Shown here: piece by piece, positions 8,686 through 18,470 of the stretch
Layout: every line of letters begins with the position of its first letter
Position numbering within the stretch: position 1 is the stretch's first letter
NCBI GenBank assembly: GCA_013202205.1
Contig: JABMSB010000031.1
Coordinates: 310-64,309, forward strand
DNA: 64,000 bases
Reading direction: 5' to 3'
DNA from: Candidatus Omnitrophota bacterium
GTDB lineage: Bacteria > Omnitrophota > Gorgyraeia > JABMSB01
Translations under genes and position numbers: made by a program
The notes under the pieces: generated by a model
Database searches by the model: none
What the model was told of the DNA's origin: nothing
The model's input: only the letters and a program-made list of their open reading frames with translations

Positions 8686-9714
8686 ATGCAGGGCTACTTC
8701 CGAACCCAAAGTTGGCTGTACACGCGCTCATTGACTGGTTTTTTTATCTGCGTATTATTCTTTGCCACAAGCGGTTGCGGCAGACCTACCTTTTCCAAAG
8801 AGCGGTTGGCGGAATCTCTTGTAGAATTATGCGAGAGAGATTACGGCCTTAAGGGAGTAAAAGCAAAACTGCACGGCAATGTGCTGGGCGCCTACTACTC
8901 GGCGGATAGATTGCTGAATGACAATTTTTGGCTCTCGGAGGAGTCGAGTGAAAAATCGTTCAGGCTTATTACGGCCATATCACGCGTAAGCGTATCAACA
9001 GATGCCGAGGTCGATTTCTATTGTGTCGTATACCAGGATACAAGGTTCCCCGAAGTAGAGTTAGTTCTATTGGGCGAAGTCGATGATGTCAAGAGGGCTG
9101 ACATGTGGGCCCTCTCACCGGATGAGCTGAATGCGCGCCGTCTTGTAGACCTGAAGGCCTCACCCGAGATAAAGAGGGGGGAGATGCTAAAAGCCCTCTT
9201 TACCAAGATGGGCCTTGAGACAACACTGGCCGACCAATTTATGGGCGGCTACTTATCCGGCGGCATCGCTGAGTCGATTGACGATATAGGATATTGGAAC
9301 GGAAGGTTCTTTCTTAAGGAAATAGAATTCGAGGAATTTCTGGCCAGTCAGGTAGCCAACCGCCTGCGACTCATGATATCGCAGGATACACGTTTTGTAG
9401 AGCTGGCTACGGTACAGGTTGATGGCGAGTTCGATCCGAATCCGCCTAATTCAGGGTTCACTCTTGATGTAAACCTCTTTACCGGTGACGCTGAAGTAAT
9501 TGACGCATCAATAAGCGAAGAGAAATTAAGAGAGCTCTTCGAAAGTTCATTTATACTGATCGCCGACATATTGGATGGGTATCACTTTTGGGATTTTGAT
9601 CGCGCCAGGATCTATGTAAAGAATACGGGTACAGAGCGAAGCGCCGATTCCGCAGGACTAAAGGAATTATACGAAAAAAAGAGAGAAGCTAGTGACATCA
9701 TACGAGGTAAATAA
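8686..9714 (+). CDS. Hypothetical exported protein, probable lipoprotein
   Basis: Hydrophobic stretch ending in a lipobox-like FATSGC; abuts or overlaps both neighbours. Confidence 0.65.
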   Translation: MQGYFRTQSWLYTRSLTGFFICVLFFATSGCGRPTFSKERLAESLVELCERDYGLKGVKAKLHGNVLGAYYSADRLLNDNFWLSEESSEKSFRLITAISRVSVSTDAEVDFYCVVYQDTRFPEVELVLLGEVDDVKRADMWALSPDELNARRLVDLKASPEIKRGEMLKALFTKMGLETTLADQFMGGYLSGGIAESIDDIGYWNGRFFLKEIEFEEFLASQVANRLRLMISQDTRFVELATVQVDGEFDPNPPNSGFTLDVNLFTGDAEVIDASISEEKLRELFESSFILIADILDGYHFWDFDRARIYVKNTGTERSADSAGLKELYEKKREASDIIRGK

Positions 9715-10661
9715 TGGCTAAAGAAGGATGGATTCCGACAAGAGACGGTTTTGGTCAAGGTTTAGTCGAGCTGGGCAAAAAAAGAGAAGACGTAGTCGTC
9801 CTCTGCGCAGATTTGACAGATTCGACACGCGCGGGCTGGTTTAAGAAAGAGTTTCCTGATCGGTTCTTCAGCATGGGCGTTGCAGAGCAGGATATGTTTG
9901 GCGCAGCCGCAGGATTGGCATTGATGGGGAAGACCCCGTTCGCCTGTACTTTCGGTGTATTTGCAAGCGGCAGGGGTTGGGACCAGATCCGGATCTCCTT
10001 AGCATACATGAATCTCAACGTCAAGGTGATAGGTACGCACGGAGGTATCGGTGTAGGCGAAGACGGCGCTACGCACCAGGCTATAGAGGAGATCTCTTTG
10101 ATGAGAATACTCCCTAATATGACCGTATTAGTCCCGGCAGATCACATAGAAGCGCGTAAGGCGACCATAGCGGCCGCTTCGTATCCGGGGCCTGTATATA
10201 TAAGACTTGGCAGAAATGGTGTGCCGGTTGTGACGGGTGAGGACGCGCCATTTGAGATAGGAAAACCATCGATCCTTGCCGACGGAAAGGACGTCGCGAT
10301 ATTCGCATGCGGTTATATGGTTTACGAATCACTCCTTGCCAAAGATATATTGGCCAAGGAAGGCATATCGGCTAAGGTAATAAATATCCATACCCCAAAG
10401 CCGCTCGATAGAAAGCTCATAATCAAGACAGCAAAAGATATAGGCGCGATCGTTACCGTCGAGGAGCATCTTCTGGCCGGTGGTTTAGGCAGCGCCATAG
10501 CCGAGGTCCTGGTAGAAGAGGAACCGGTCCCCATGAAGATGGTAGGGATAGACGATCGGTTTGGTGAATCCGGCGACCCCAACTTATTGCTTGACCACTT
10601 CGGTCTCAGGGCAAAGAATATCGCAAAGGCCGCTAAGGACGTATTGAAAAAGAAAAAATAG
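9714..10661 (+). CDS. Transketolase, C-terminal (pyrimidine-binding) subunit
   Basis: PTRDGFG, MGVAEQ, GEDGATHQ, GPVYIRLGR, VEEH...GGLGSA. Confidence 0.95.
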   Translation: MAKEGWIPTRDGFGQGLVELGKKREDVVVLCADLTDSTRAGWFKKEFPDRFFSMGVAEQDMFGAAAGLALMGKTPFACTFGVFASGRGWDQIRISLAYMNLNVKVIGTHGGIGVGEDGATHQAIEEISLMRILPNMTVLVPADHIEARKATIAAASYPGPVYIRLGRNGVPVVTGEDAPFEIGKPSILADGKDVAIFACGYMVYESLLAKDILAKEGISAKVINIHTPKPLDRKLIIKTAKDIGAIVTVEEHLLAGGLGSAIAEVLVEEEPVPMKMVGIDDRFGESGDPNLLLDHFGLRAKNIAKAAKDVLKKKK

Positions 10662-10664
10662 ACC

Positions 10665-11546
10665 ATGGATACGATTATTGTCAAGGCTCCGGCCAAAGTA
10701 AATCTCTACCTCGAAGTGCTAAAGCGGCGCGATGACGGCTACCATGATATAGAGACGATCTTTGAACGCATAGACCTTTGTGATGAACTGACCTTCACGA
10801 AGAAGAGCGAGAAACACGGAATAAAGCTTATATGTGAAGGCGAGGATATAGATTGCAGCGAAGAAGAAAATATAATAGTCCGCTCAGCCAAGGCCTTGAC
10901 GCGCAAGGATGGCCGCAAGCTCGGAGTTGAGATCAGGCTGAAGAAGAATATACCCATAGCTGCCGGTTTGGGCGGTGGTTCAAGTAATGCCGCAGCCACA
11001 CTCTTTGTAGTGAACAATCTCTTTGAGTTGGGTTTTTCGCGCAGCGAATTGATGGATGTAGGTGGTACTGTAGGGGCAGATGTTCCCTTCTTCTTTTCAT
11101 ATTCACCCTTTGCTTTGGGTACGGAGATAGGTGATGAGATCACGGAGATAAAAAGCACGCTCCGTTTGTGGCATCTCATTGTCAGGCCAATGGTTAAAGT
11201 CAAAAGCGGCGATATTTATAGCCGCCTCAGTTTGGGCTTGACAAGGCCAAGAGGGAGTGCTAAAATGTTGCTCCGCATCATAGAGAAAGGCGATATGATT
11301 GCCCTTGCAAAAGGGCTGCGCAATAGGTTGGAAGATGTTATGCTGGAAAGTGTTAAGGAAATTCAGCGGGTCAAGGACAAGATCCTTTCGCATGGCGGGA
11401 AGGGGAGTCTTGTCTCCGGTAGCGGCCCGGCAACATTTGGAATTTTTTCAACACGAGAGGAGGCGATGGAGGCGAAGGAGAAGCTCGATCGGAGCGGATG
11501 GCAGACTTTCGTTGCAGGAACATATGAACCGAGCTTGTCCGCTTGA
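10665..11546 (+). CDS. ispE: 4-diphosphocytidyl-2-C-methyl-D-erythritol kinase
   Basis: APAKVNLYL, YHDIETIF, KNIPIAAGLGGGSSNAA, GADVPFF, SGSG. Confidence 0.96.
   Translation: MDTIIVKAPAKVNLYLEVLKRRDDGYHDIETIFERIDLCDELTFTKKSEKHGIKLICEGEDIDCSEEENIIVRSAKALTRKDGRKLGVEIRLKKNIPIAAGLGGGSSNAAATLFVVNNLFELGFSRSELMDVGGTVGADVPFFFSYSPFALGTEIGDEITEIKSTLRLWHLIVRPMVKVKSGDIYSRLSLGLTRPRGSAKMLLRIIEKGDMIALAKGLRNRLEDVMLESVKEIQRVKDKILSHGGKGSLVSGSGPATFGIFSTREEAMEAKEKLDRSGWQTFVAGTYEPSLSA
11238..11266 (+). promoter_or_regulatory. Internal sigma70 promoter within ispE, likely driving spoVG-tRNA-Gln and downstream genes
   Basis: TTGACA-N17-TAAAAT with extended -10 TG. Confidence 0.6.
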
Positions 11547-11591
11547 AGCTTGGCGGATAGGATTAACAAAACCAACAGGAGAGAGTGCAAA

Positions 11592-12119
11592 ATGGAAATC
11601 ACCGAGGTCAGGATCTTTCCAAAAGAAGGACAGCGTGATAAGAAGCTGAAGGCGTACGCGACGATAACGCTCGACAGCGCTTTCGTGGTCAGGAATGTAA
11701 AAGTGATCGAGGGCAACAAGGGTCTCTTTGTGGCCATGCCTTCGCGCAAACTAAAGGTACCATGCCCAAAGTGCGGACATAGAAATGACATCAGATCCAA
11801 ATATTGCAATCAATGCGCAGTGTCTATCCCGCCTCCGGAACCTTTGCCTCCGAGGGGAAGCGATGGAGAGAGGCAGTCAGAGCATAGGGATATAGCGCAT
11901 CCGATTACATTGGAATGCAGGGAGTATATCCAGAAGAAAGTATTGGATGCATACGGGGCGGAAAAGGGTACAGGTGGATCAGCGCCAAGCAGTTCACCGA
12001 AACCGAGCAGCGTTCCGCCAAGAAGAAGAGAACCGGAACCACCGAAAGCACCGGAACCATTGCAACCACCAGAACCACCGTCAATGCCGCAGGGACCGAC
12101 GCAGGATATCGAGCTTTAA
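11592..12119 (+). CDS. spoVG: SpoVG family nucleic-acid-binding protein with zinc-ribbon insertion and Pro-rich tail
   Basis: MEITEVRI, LKAYATITLD, GLFVAMPSRK, HRDIAHPI; insert CPKC...YCNQC; RBS AGGAGAG upstream of ATG 11592. Confidence 0.92.
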   Translation: MEITEVRIFPKEGQRDKKLKAYATITLDSAFVVRNVKVIEGNKGLFVAMPSRKLKVPCPKCGHRNDIRSKYCNQCAVSIPPPEPLPPRGSDGERQSEHRDIAHPITLECREYIQKKVLDAYGAEKGTGGSAPSSSPKPSSVPPRRREPEPPKAPEPLQPPEPPSMPQGPTQDIEL

Positions 12120-12176
12120 TGTCTGTCCGTCTCTTTTGGACAAGGACAAGCGATTCGAAGTAATATATACGGTGAA

Positions 12177-12250
12177 TGGCGGATTGTGTAATGGCAGCAC
12201 AGCGGCCTTTGGAGCCGTTAGTGAAGGTTCGAATCCTTCTCCGCCAACCA
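12177..12250 (+). tRNA. tRNA-Gln (UUG)
   Basis: Acceptor stem TGGCGGA/TCCGCCA; anticodon arm GCGGC-CT-TTG-GA-GCCGT; T-arm GAAGG-TTCGAAT-CCTTC; encoded CCA. Confidence 0.97.
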
Positions 12251-12280
12251 GGAGTTACAGCTGTTGTGATAGATGTCGAT

Positions 12281-12420
12281 GAAGGATTCGAAAGGATTTT
12301 GCGCTGACCCTTAGGGAAGAAAAGCGCCAATCAGGCGCGACAGCAAAATCCCCGCCCAGAGCAAAACCTAATCAAGGTTTTGCGTAGGGCGAATCCTTGT
12401 CCGCCAACCAGAGTTATAGA
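12281..12420. repeat. Structured tRNA-linked element ending in a duplicate of the tRNA-Gln 3' end
   Basis: GAAGGATTCGAA (reverse complement of the T-arm) at 12281; CGAATCCTTGTCCGCCAACCAGAGTTATAG at 12390 versus the tRNA's CGAATCCTTCTCCGCCAACCAGGAGTTACAG; nested hairpins lie between. Confidence 0.8.
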
Positions 12421-12464
12421 CATTGTTATTCTTTTTTATTTAACAGTTAATTAGGTGGTGAAAT

Positions 12465-13745
12465 ATGATTGCCAAATGTTCATTTTGCGGGAAGACGGGT
12501 ACTAAGGTCGGAAGGCTCTTTAAGGGCAAAGATGCCTATATCTGCGAGGGGTGTGTACACCTTTGCGGTGATCTTCTTGTCGGGGAAGGCAGCCAAAAGC
12601 GTAATGCAAAGACGGCCTCACCCATACCTGCTTTGGATAAGCTTCCCAAGCCGTCAGAAATAAAGGCGATGCTCGATGACTATATAATAGGCCAGGAGAG
12701 GGCCAAAAAGGTTCTGGCCGTAAGCGTCTATAACCATTATAAGAGGGTTCAAATAAGGCCTTCATCGCCAAAGAAAGATGAAAAAGATTCAGAAGACGTC
12801 GAGATAGATAAATCGAATATCTTGCTTATAGGGCCCACAGGCTGCGGCAAGACCCTGCTGGCCCAGACGCTCGCCAGGGTCTTACATGTACCTTTTGCCA
12901 TCTCTGATGCGACAACATTGACGCAGGCCGGCTATGTCGGTGAGGATGTGGAGAATGTTATACTGCGCCTCCTGCAGGCGGCCAACTATGACGTCGCGAA
13001 GGCGGAGTTGGGTATAATATATATTGACGAGATCGACAAGATAGGCAAGACCCAGGATAACGTCTCCATAACACGTGATGTCTCCGGAGAAGGTGTGCAA
13101 CAGGCGCTCCTTAAGATCCTTGAGGGGACGGTAGCAAATGTACCGCCCGGTGGCGGGAGAAAGCATCCGGAAGCGCGCTATATCCAGGTGAGGACGAAAG
13201 ATATTCTCTTTATCTGCGGAGGCACCTTCAGCACGCTCGACAAAATAATCCAGGATCGCAAGGGTAAGACAAAGATAGGATTCGGTTCAGATAATAAGGC
13301 AAAGTTCGAGCAGCCCCTCGGTGATATATTGGCCGAAGTCGAGACAGAAGATATACTCAAGTTCGGCATGATACCGGAATTCGTAGGAAGATTTCCCATA
13401 ATAGCTACTTTGAAGTCGCTAAAGGAAGAGGAGCTCGTAAAGATACTGACCACACCTCGTAATGCCCTCATCAAACAGTATAAGAAGTTCTTCGATGTCG
13501 AGGGGGTTAAGCTTACCTTTACCGAAGGCGCGCTTCTCAAGATAGCCAAAAAAGCGCTCACTAAAGGGACGGGTGCCCGCGGGCTCCGTTCGATCATAGA
13601 AGAGATGATGCTCGATCTTATGTATGAGCTGCCGCTTCTGAAGAATGTCGTTGAGTGCATTATCGATGAAGATTGTATAGCAATCGGGAAGAAGCCCACG
13701 CTGATAAAGTCAGAGCGGGGTACCCGACAGAAGGAGAGCGCGTGA
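12465..13745 (+). CDS. clpX: ATP-dependent Clp protease ATP-binding subunit ClpX
   Basis: Zn finger CSFC...CEGC; GPTGCGKT; AGYVGEDVE; [14 protein letters not shown]; GGRKH; IGF loop. Confidence 0.97.
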   Translation: MIAKCSFCGKTGTKVGRLFKGKDAYICEGCVHLCGDLLVGEGSQKRNAKTASPIPALDKLPKPSEIKAMLDDYIIGQERAKKVLAVSVYNHYKRVQIRPSSPKKDEKDSEDVEIDKSNILLIGPTGCGKTLLAQTLARVLHVPFAISDATTLTQAGYVGEDVENVILRLLQAANYDVAKAELGIIYIDEIDKIGKTQDNVSITRDVSGEGVQQALLKILEGTVANVPPGGGRKHPEARYIQVRTKDILFICGGTFSTLDKIIQDRKGKTKIGFGSDNKAKFEQPLGDILAEVETEDILKFGMIPEFVGRFPIIATLKSLKEEELVKILTTPRNALIKQYKKFFDVEGVKLTFTEGALLKIAKKALTKGTGARGLRSIIEEMMLDLMYELPLLKNVVECIIDEDCIAIGKKPTLIKSERGTRQKESA

Positions 13746-15031
13746 GCGCAAAACAGATCGAAGATATAGTTGCTGTAGTATTGGCTGCCGGCCGCGGGAC
13801 ACGCATGAAATCAGAGATGCTCAAGGCCATGGTCCCTTTGTGCGGTCTGCCGCTTATACGCCATATTGTGGATGCCCTCAAGGCCTCCGGCATAAAACGG
13901 ATAGTAGTCGTTACAGGATATAAGAAGGAGTTGCTTGAGAAAGCTCTTGATGGCCTGGCAGATACAGTCCACCAGAAGACGCTTCTGGGATCCGGAGACG
14001 CGGCAAAGACGGCGATGGCCAAATTGAAGAACTTCAAAGGCCACGTCTTAATAGTACCCGGTGATGTACCGCTATTTAAACCGGAAACTATTACTTCGCT
14101 GGTAGAGCGCCATAAGCGCGGCCGGTCGGACTGCACCCTGTTAACAATTTTCTTGTCCAACCCGGGTGAGTACGGAAGGATATTTAGAAGCATAACCGGA
14201 TCTATCGAGAAGATCATTGAAAAGGAAGATTTGGCAGAAAATCAGAGCAGGATAAACGAGATAAATACCGGCCTATATTGTTTCAAGGCCAAGGCCCTTT
14301 GTGACGCGCTCGAGGGGGTCAAGAAGAATAGCAAAAAGGGCGAATATTTCCTGACCGACACGATCGAGATCTTGCATGAGAAGGGCTGCAAGATAGATTC
14401 GCTCCTGTCGAATAATACCGATGAGATGCTGGGGGTCAATTCACAGCAGGATTATTCACGCGCCACGCAGATAATGAAGAATAGGATTTTGGATCGTCTT
14501 ATGTCGTCGGGTGTCACAGTAGTAGACCCGGCCTCCACATCAATAGATAAGAATGTAAAGATTATGCCGGACACCATAGTCTATCCACACACCACGATAG
14601 AGAAGGATGTCAACATTGCCGGGAGGTGCAAGGTAGGCCCTTACGCGCACCTGCGAGAAGGGGTTCAACTTGACGAAGGGGCTGAAGTGGGTAATTTTGC
14701 CGAACTCGTAAGGACGCGGGTTGGGGAGGGAACTAAGATAAAACATCAGGTATATATCGGCGACGCCGTAATAGGTAAGGATGTGAACATAGGGGCGGGG
14801 ACGATCATCGCCAACTATGACGGAAAGAATAAATATATTACGCGGATCGGCGACGGCGCCTTTATCGGAAGCGGTACGGTATTGGTAGCGCCGGTCAAGA
14901 TAGGCGCTAAGGCTGTGACGGGCGCCGGCTGTGTTGTGACAAAGGGCCATGATGTACCGGCGGGCGCTGTGGTCGTTGGCGTGCCGGCAAGAAAATTAGA
15001 GAAAAATAAGAAGAAAAGGGGTGGGCGATGA
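13742..15031 (+). CDS. glmU: Bifunctional N-acetylglucosamine-1-phosphate uridyltransferase/acetyltransferase
   Basis: [25 protein letters not shown], hexapeptide repeats, [13 protein letters not shown]; GTG at 13742 overlaps the clpX stop. Confidence 0.92.
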   Translation: MSAKQIEDIVAVVLAAGRGTRMKSEMLKAMVPLCGLPLIRHIVDALKASGIKRIVVVTGYKKELLEKALDGLADTVHQKTLLGSGDAAKTAMAKLKNFKGHVLIVPGDVPLFKPETITSLVERHKRGRSDCTLLTIFLSNPGEYGRIFRSITGSIEKIIEKEDLAENQSRINEINTGLYCFKAKALCDALEGVKKNSKKGEYFLTDTIEILHEKGCKIDSLLSNNTDEMLGVNSQQDYSRATQIMKNRILDRLMSSGVTVVDPASTSIDKNVKIMPDTIVYPHTTIEKDVNIAGRCKVGPYAHLREGVQLDEGAEVGNFAELVRTRVGEGTKIKHQVYIGDAVIGKDVNIGAGTIIANYDGKNKYITRIGDGAFIGSGTVLVAPVKIGAKAVTGAGCVVTKGHDVPAGAVVVGVPARKLEKNKKKRGGR

Positions 15032-15990
15032 GTACCGAGACTCGTAACGGTAAGCTTTTAGTCTTTAGCGGCAATGGTAATAAGGCATTGGCTAAGAATA
15101 TATGCCGGAATCTCGGCGTACCTCTCGGCGGGGCAGTTGTAAACAGCTTTAGTGACGGAGAGATAAGGGTCAAGATCAGGGAAGACGTGAGAGGACAGGA
15201 TGTATTTATTATTCAGCCGACATGCCATCCCGTTAATGACAACATAATGGAGCTTTTAATAATGCTCGATGCGCTGCGCCGGGCATCGGCCAAACGCATC
15301 ACCGCAGTCCTTCCTTATTACGGATATGCAAGGCAAGACAGGAAGGACCAGCCGCGGGTACCCATAACGGCCAAGCTGTTAGCAAATCTCATCACATCAG
15401 CCGGCGCAAACAGGGTTTTAACGCTCGATCTGCACGCAGGCCAGATCCAGGGTTTCTTTGATATTCCGCTCGACCATCTTTATGCAATAAATACATTTGT
15501 TGAGTATTTCAAAAAGAATATAAAATTGAAAGCTAAGGACCTGGTAATTGTATCCCCCGATGTCGGAGGTGTCAAGACGGCCAGGGCCTATGCCAAGAGG
15601 TTCAGGGCAGATCTCGCAATCGTAGATAAACGGCGCGCCAATGATAAAGAGACCGAGGTTATGAATATCATAGGTGAGGTTGAAGGCAAAAATGTCATAC
15701 TGGTAGACGATATAGTTGCTACCGCCGGAAGCCTGGTCGAAGCGGTTGCGGCCTTGAAGAAGGCGGGTTCCAAGAATATATATGCGGCTATAACCCACCC
15801 CGTTTTATCAGGGCCCGCTATTGAGAGGATAAAACACTCGGATTTAAAAGAGCTGGTTGTGACTAATACCATACCATTAGGAAGCAACGGCAAGTGCAAG
15901 AAGGTAAAACAACTTTCGGTTGCACCGCTTTTGGCAGAAGCGATTATGCGCATACACCAGGAGCGATCGGTCAGTTCATTGTTCAATTGA
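15028..15990 (+). CDS. prs: Ribose-phosphate pyrophosphokinase
   Basis: FSDGEI, PYYGYARQDRK, DLHAGQIQGFF, VSPDVGG, VDDIVATAGS. Confidence 0.97.
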   Translation: MSTETRNGKLLVFSGNGNKALAKNICRNLGVPLGGAVVNSFSDGEIRVKIREDVRGQDVFIIQPTCHPVNDNIMELLIMLDALRRASAKRITAVLPYYGYARQDRKDQPRVPITAKLLANLITSAGANRVLTLDLHAGQIQGFFDIPLDHLYAINTFVEYFKKNIKLKAKDLVIVSPDVGGVKTARAYAKRFRADLAIVDKRRANDKETEVMNIIGEVEGKNVILVDDIVATAGSLVEAVAALKKAGSKNIYAAITHPVLSGPAIERIKHSDLKELVVTNTIPLGSNGKCKKVKQLSVAPLLAEAIMRIHQERSVSSLFN

Positions 15991-16007
15991 TAAAGGAAAG
16001 GTAAAAA

Positions 16008-16718
16008 ATGGAACGCGTAAATCTACAAGTTGAGACAAGAGAGAATGCCGGCAAGAGCCCCTCAAAAAAGTTGCGAAGAGCGGGGATGGTTCCCGCAGTC
16101 TTATATAAGCGAGGAGAGAAGACCCAGCATGTTTCAGTCGACGCCCGCACGTTAGATAAGATATTGCGCAAAGAGGGTGAAAACGTCTTATTGAATGTGA
16201 CGTTCAAGGGTGACAAGAAGCCTAAGGAGAGGGTGACTATGATAAAGGAGGTCCAGGTGCACCCCATAAGCGGCAACCTGCTCCATGTTGACTTCAATGA
16301 GATCTCCCTCACCGAGAAGATAAAGGTCAATGTACCCGTTGAGGCCAAGGGTGAAGCGGTTGGTGTTACCAGGGATAAGGGTGTGCTTGAGCATATCATG
16401 TGGGAGCTGGAAGTAGAGTGTCTGCCTACCCAGATACCTGATAATTTTGAGGTGGATGTGGCAGCGATGGAGATTGGTCACGCCGTCTTCGTTAAAGATA
16501 TACCCCCTCCGCCCGGGGTTGAGATATTGAATGATCTTGAGCTTACCGTATTTACGGTGAAGCCGCCTCACGAAATTGAAGAGGCTGCTCCTGTGGAAGA
16601 AGGCGCTGAGGAAGGGGTAGAGCCCGAGGTTATAGCAAAGGGCAAGAAGGAAGAGGAAGGAGTCCCTGAAGGCGAGGCTGAAAAGGCACCTGCGAAGGAA
16701 GAGAAGAAAAAAGACTGA
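16008..16718 (+). CDS. rplY: 50S ribosomal protein L25/Ctc
   Basis: LRRAGMVPAVLY, KEVQVHP...LLHVDF; acidic C-terminal tail. Confidence 0.96.
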   Translation: MERVNLQVETRENAGKSPSKKLRRAGMVPAVLYKRGEKTQHVSVDARTLDKILRKEGENVLLNVTFKGDKKPKERVTMIKEVQVHPISGNLLHVDFNEISLTEKIKVNVPVEAKGEAVGVTRDKGVLEHIMWELEVECLPTQIPDNFEVDVAAMEIGHAVFVKDIPPPPGVEILNDLELTVFTVKPPHEIEEAAPVEEGAEEGVEPEVIAKGKKEEEGVPEGEAEKAPAKEEKKKD

Positions 16719-17281
16719 TGAAGATCATAGTCGGATTGGGTAACCCCGGCCTTCGATATAAAGCAACGCGCCATAATGTCGGGTTTGAAGCGATAGATAG
16801 ATTTGCTAAGGCAAATCGTCTCAGGTTCAAGGCGCGCCGGTACTTTGATTCGTGGATGGCTGAGGGAAAGTTTAAGGGTGAGTCGGTACTACTGCTCAAG
16901 CCCCTTACCTATATGAACCGCTCAGGCGTAGCAGTAGCGCCCGCTGTTGCGAATAAAGAGGTCAATCTTTCAGATCTGCTCGTTGTATGCGATGATGTCA
17001 ATCTCGAATTGGGCCAACTGAGGCTTAGGGCCCAGGGGAGTGCAGGGGGGCATAACGGCCTCATCTCGATTATAGAGCGTTTGGGCAATGAAGCTTTTTC
17101 GCGTCTGCGGATAGGTGTTGGCGGTAGCGAGAAGGAGGATTTAACAGGACATGTGCTGGGGCGATTTAAGCGCCAGGAGAACAAGGTTGTTGATGATATG
17201 CTCCAAAGGGCAGCTGATTGTATAGAAGTATGGTTTGAAGATGGTATAAAAGAGGCGATGAATCGGTTTAATAAAAAATAG
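16718..17281 (+). CDS. pth: Peptidyl-tRNA hydrolase
   Basis: IVGLGNPG, TRHNVGF, KPLTYMNRSG, GSAGGHNGL. Confidence 0.97.
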   Translation: MKIIVGLGNPGLRYKATRHNVGFEAIDRFAKANRLRFKARRYFDSWMAEGKFKGESVLLLKPLTYMNRSGVAVAPAVANKEVNLSDLLVVCDDVNLELGQLRLRAQGSAGGHNGLISIIERLGNEAFSRLRIGVGGSEKEDLTGHVLGRFKRQENKVVDDMLQRAADCIEVWFEDGIKEAMNRFNKK

Positions 17282-17323
17282 GGATAAGTTTAAAGCTATA
17301 AGCCAAAAGATTAAGGAGGAAGA

Positions 17324-17626
17324 ATGACTGAAGAGGTGATATTGAATAATTACGAGGCGATATTTATAATAAAACCGACCCTCGACGAGGCAGGGTGTGA
17401 GAAGACCCAGAAAACGCTCGCTGAGGCTATAACGAACCTCGGAGGCAAGGTCCAAAAAGAGGATCCCTGGGGCAAGAGAGAGATCTCCCACCACGTAAAG
17501 AAGTTCAAAGAGGGTATTTACCACAGAGTCGAATTTGCCGCGCCGGCGGAGGCGATAAACAAACTAAACTCAACCTATCAGCTCAATACTGATATCTTGC
17601 GTGTTCTGATAACAAAGAGGAGTTAA
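17324..17626 (+). CDS. rpsF: 30S ribosomal protein S6
   Basis: YEAIFIIKP, WGKR...VKK...GIY; canonical rpsF-ssb-rpsR order. Confidence 0.94.
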   Translation: MTEEVILNNYEAIFIIKPTLDEAGCEKTQKTLAEAITNLGGKVQKEDPWGKREISHHVKKFKEGIYHRVEFAAPAEAINKLNSTYQLNTDILRVLITKRS

Positions 17627-17629
17627 ATC

Positions 17630-18124
17630 ATGGCAAGCAGCTTAAATAAAGTATTTTTGATGGGAAATCTGACCAGGGACCCCGAACTGCGCTATATACC
17701 GAGCGGTACAGCGGTGGCTACTTTCGGTTTAGCGGTCAACAGAAGATATACCTCGGCTACCGGTGAGAAGAAGGAAGATGTAGCTTTCTTGAGGATCGTA
17801 GTATGGGGCCGCCGCGCAGAGGTGTGCGGTGAGTATCTTTCCAAGGGAAGCCCGATCTTTGTCGAGGGGCGATTACAGAGCCGCAGCTGGGAAGGCAATG
17901 ACGGTGTCAAGCGCTCGACAGTAGAGATTGTAGCCGACAATATACAATTTCTCGGCAGAGGCAAGGGCGCTCCATCCAATACAGGCGCCGGGGCTTCATC
18001 GCAGGGAGGATCACAGGCAAATTCTGTGCCACAGATGGATGTTGACGCCGACATGAATGCTCCGGTAGGAAATAGTCAAGGAGAGAAACCTGTCGACGGC
18101 CCGTCCGATAAAGTACCATTTTAA
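17630..18124 (+). CDS. ssb: Single-stranded DNA-binding protein
   Basis: LNKVFLMGNLTRDPELRY, EGRLQSRSW; C-terminal DKVPF tip. Confidence 0.97.
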   Translation: MASSLNKVFLMGNLTRDPELRYIPSGTAVATFGLAVNRRYTSATGEKKEDVAFLRIVVWGRRAEVCGEYLSKGSPIFVEGRLQSRSWEGNDGVKRSTVEIVADNIQFLGRGKGAPSNTGAGASSQGGSQANSVPQMDVDADMNAPVGNSQGEKPVDGPSDKVPF

Positions 18125-18165
18125 ACCAACCACAAAGAAGAGACATATGAGGAGAATCCAATCTT

Positions 18166-18456
18166 ATGAGAAGACCGACCAGTTCAAGGGATAAAGACAA
18201 AAGGGGAAGGAAGAAGGGCAAGGGCCCAAAAAAGGCCAGAAGGCCTTTTATGAAGAAGGTATGCAGGTTCTGCACCAGCGAGGGCAAGGCTTCCGCGGAT
18301 TATAAGGATACGCTTTTCTTAAGGAAGTTTATCACCGATCGCGGTAAGATGATCCCGAGAAGGATTACGGGCAATTGCGCCAAGCATCAGAGGGTGGTGG
18401 CCAGGGAGATAAGAAAATCGCGCATAATAGGGCTTCTGCCATTCGTGGCCGATTAA
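18166..18456 (+). CDS. rpsR: 30S ribosomal protein S18 (Cys/Zn-binding form)
   Basis: KKVCRFC, DYKD, GKMIPRRITGNCAKHQR. Confidence 0.96.
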   Translation: MRRPTSSRDKDKRGRKKGKGPKKARRPFMKKVCRFCTSEGKASADYKDTLFLRKFITDRGKMIPRRITGNCAKHQRVVAREIRKSRIIGLLPFVAD

Positions 18457-18470
18457 CAGGAGGATACGAC

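Noticed and set aside
12030-12080. GAACCACC-type short tandem repeats
   Set aside because: They simply encode the PEPP low-complexity tail of SpoVG.
12390-12410. Second tRNA gene, or attR of a prophage/island at tRNA-Gln
   Set aside because: No D or anticodon arm; only 160 bp separate the repeats, with no integrase or cargo.
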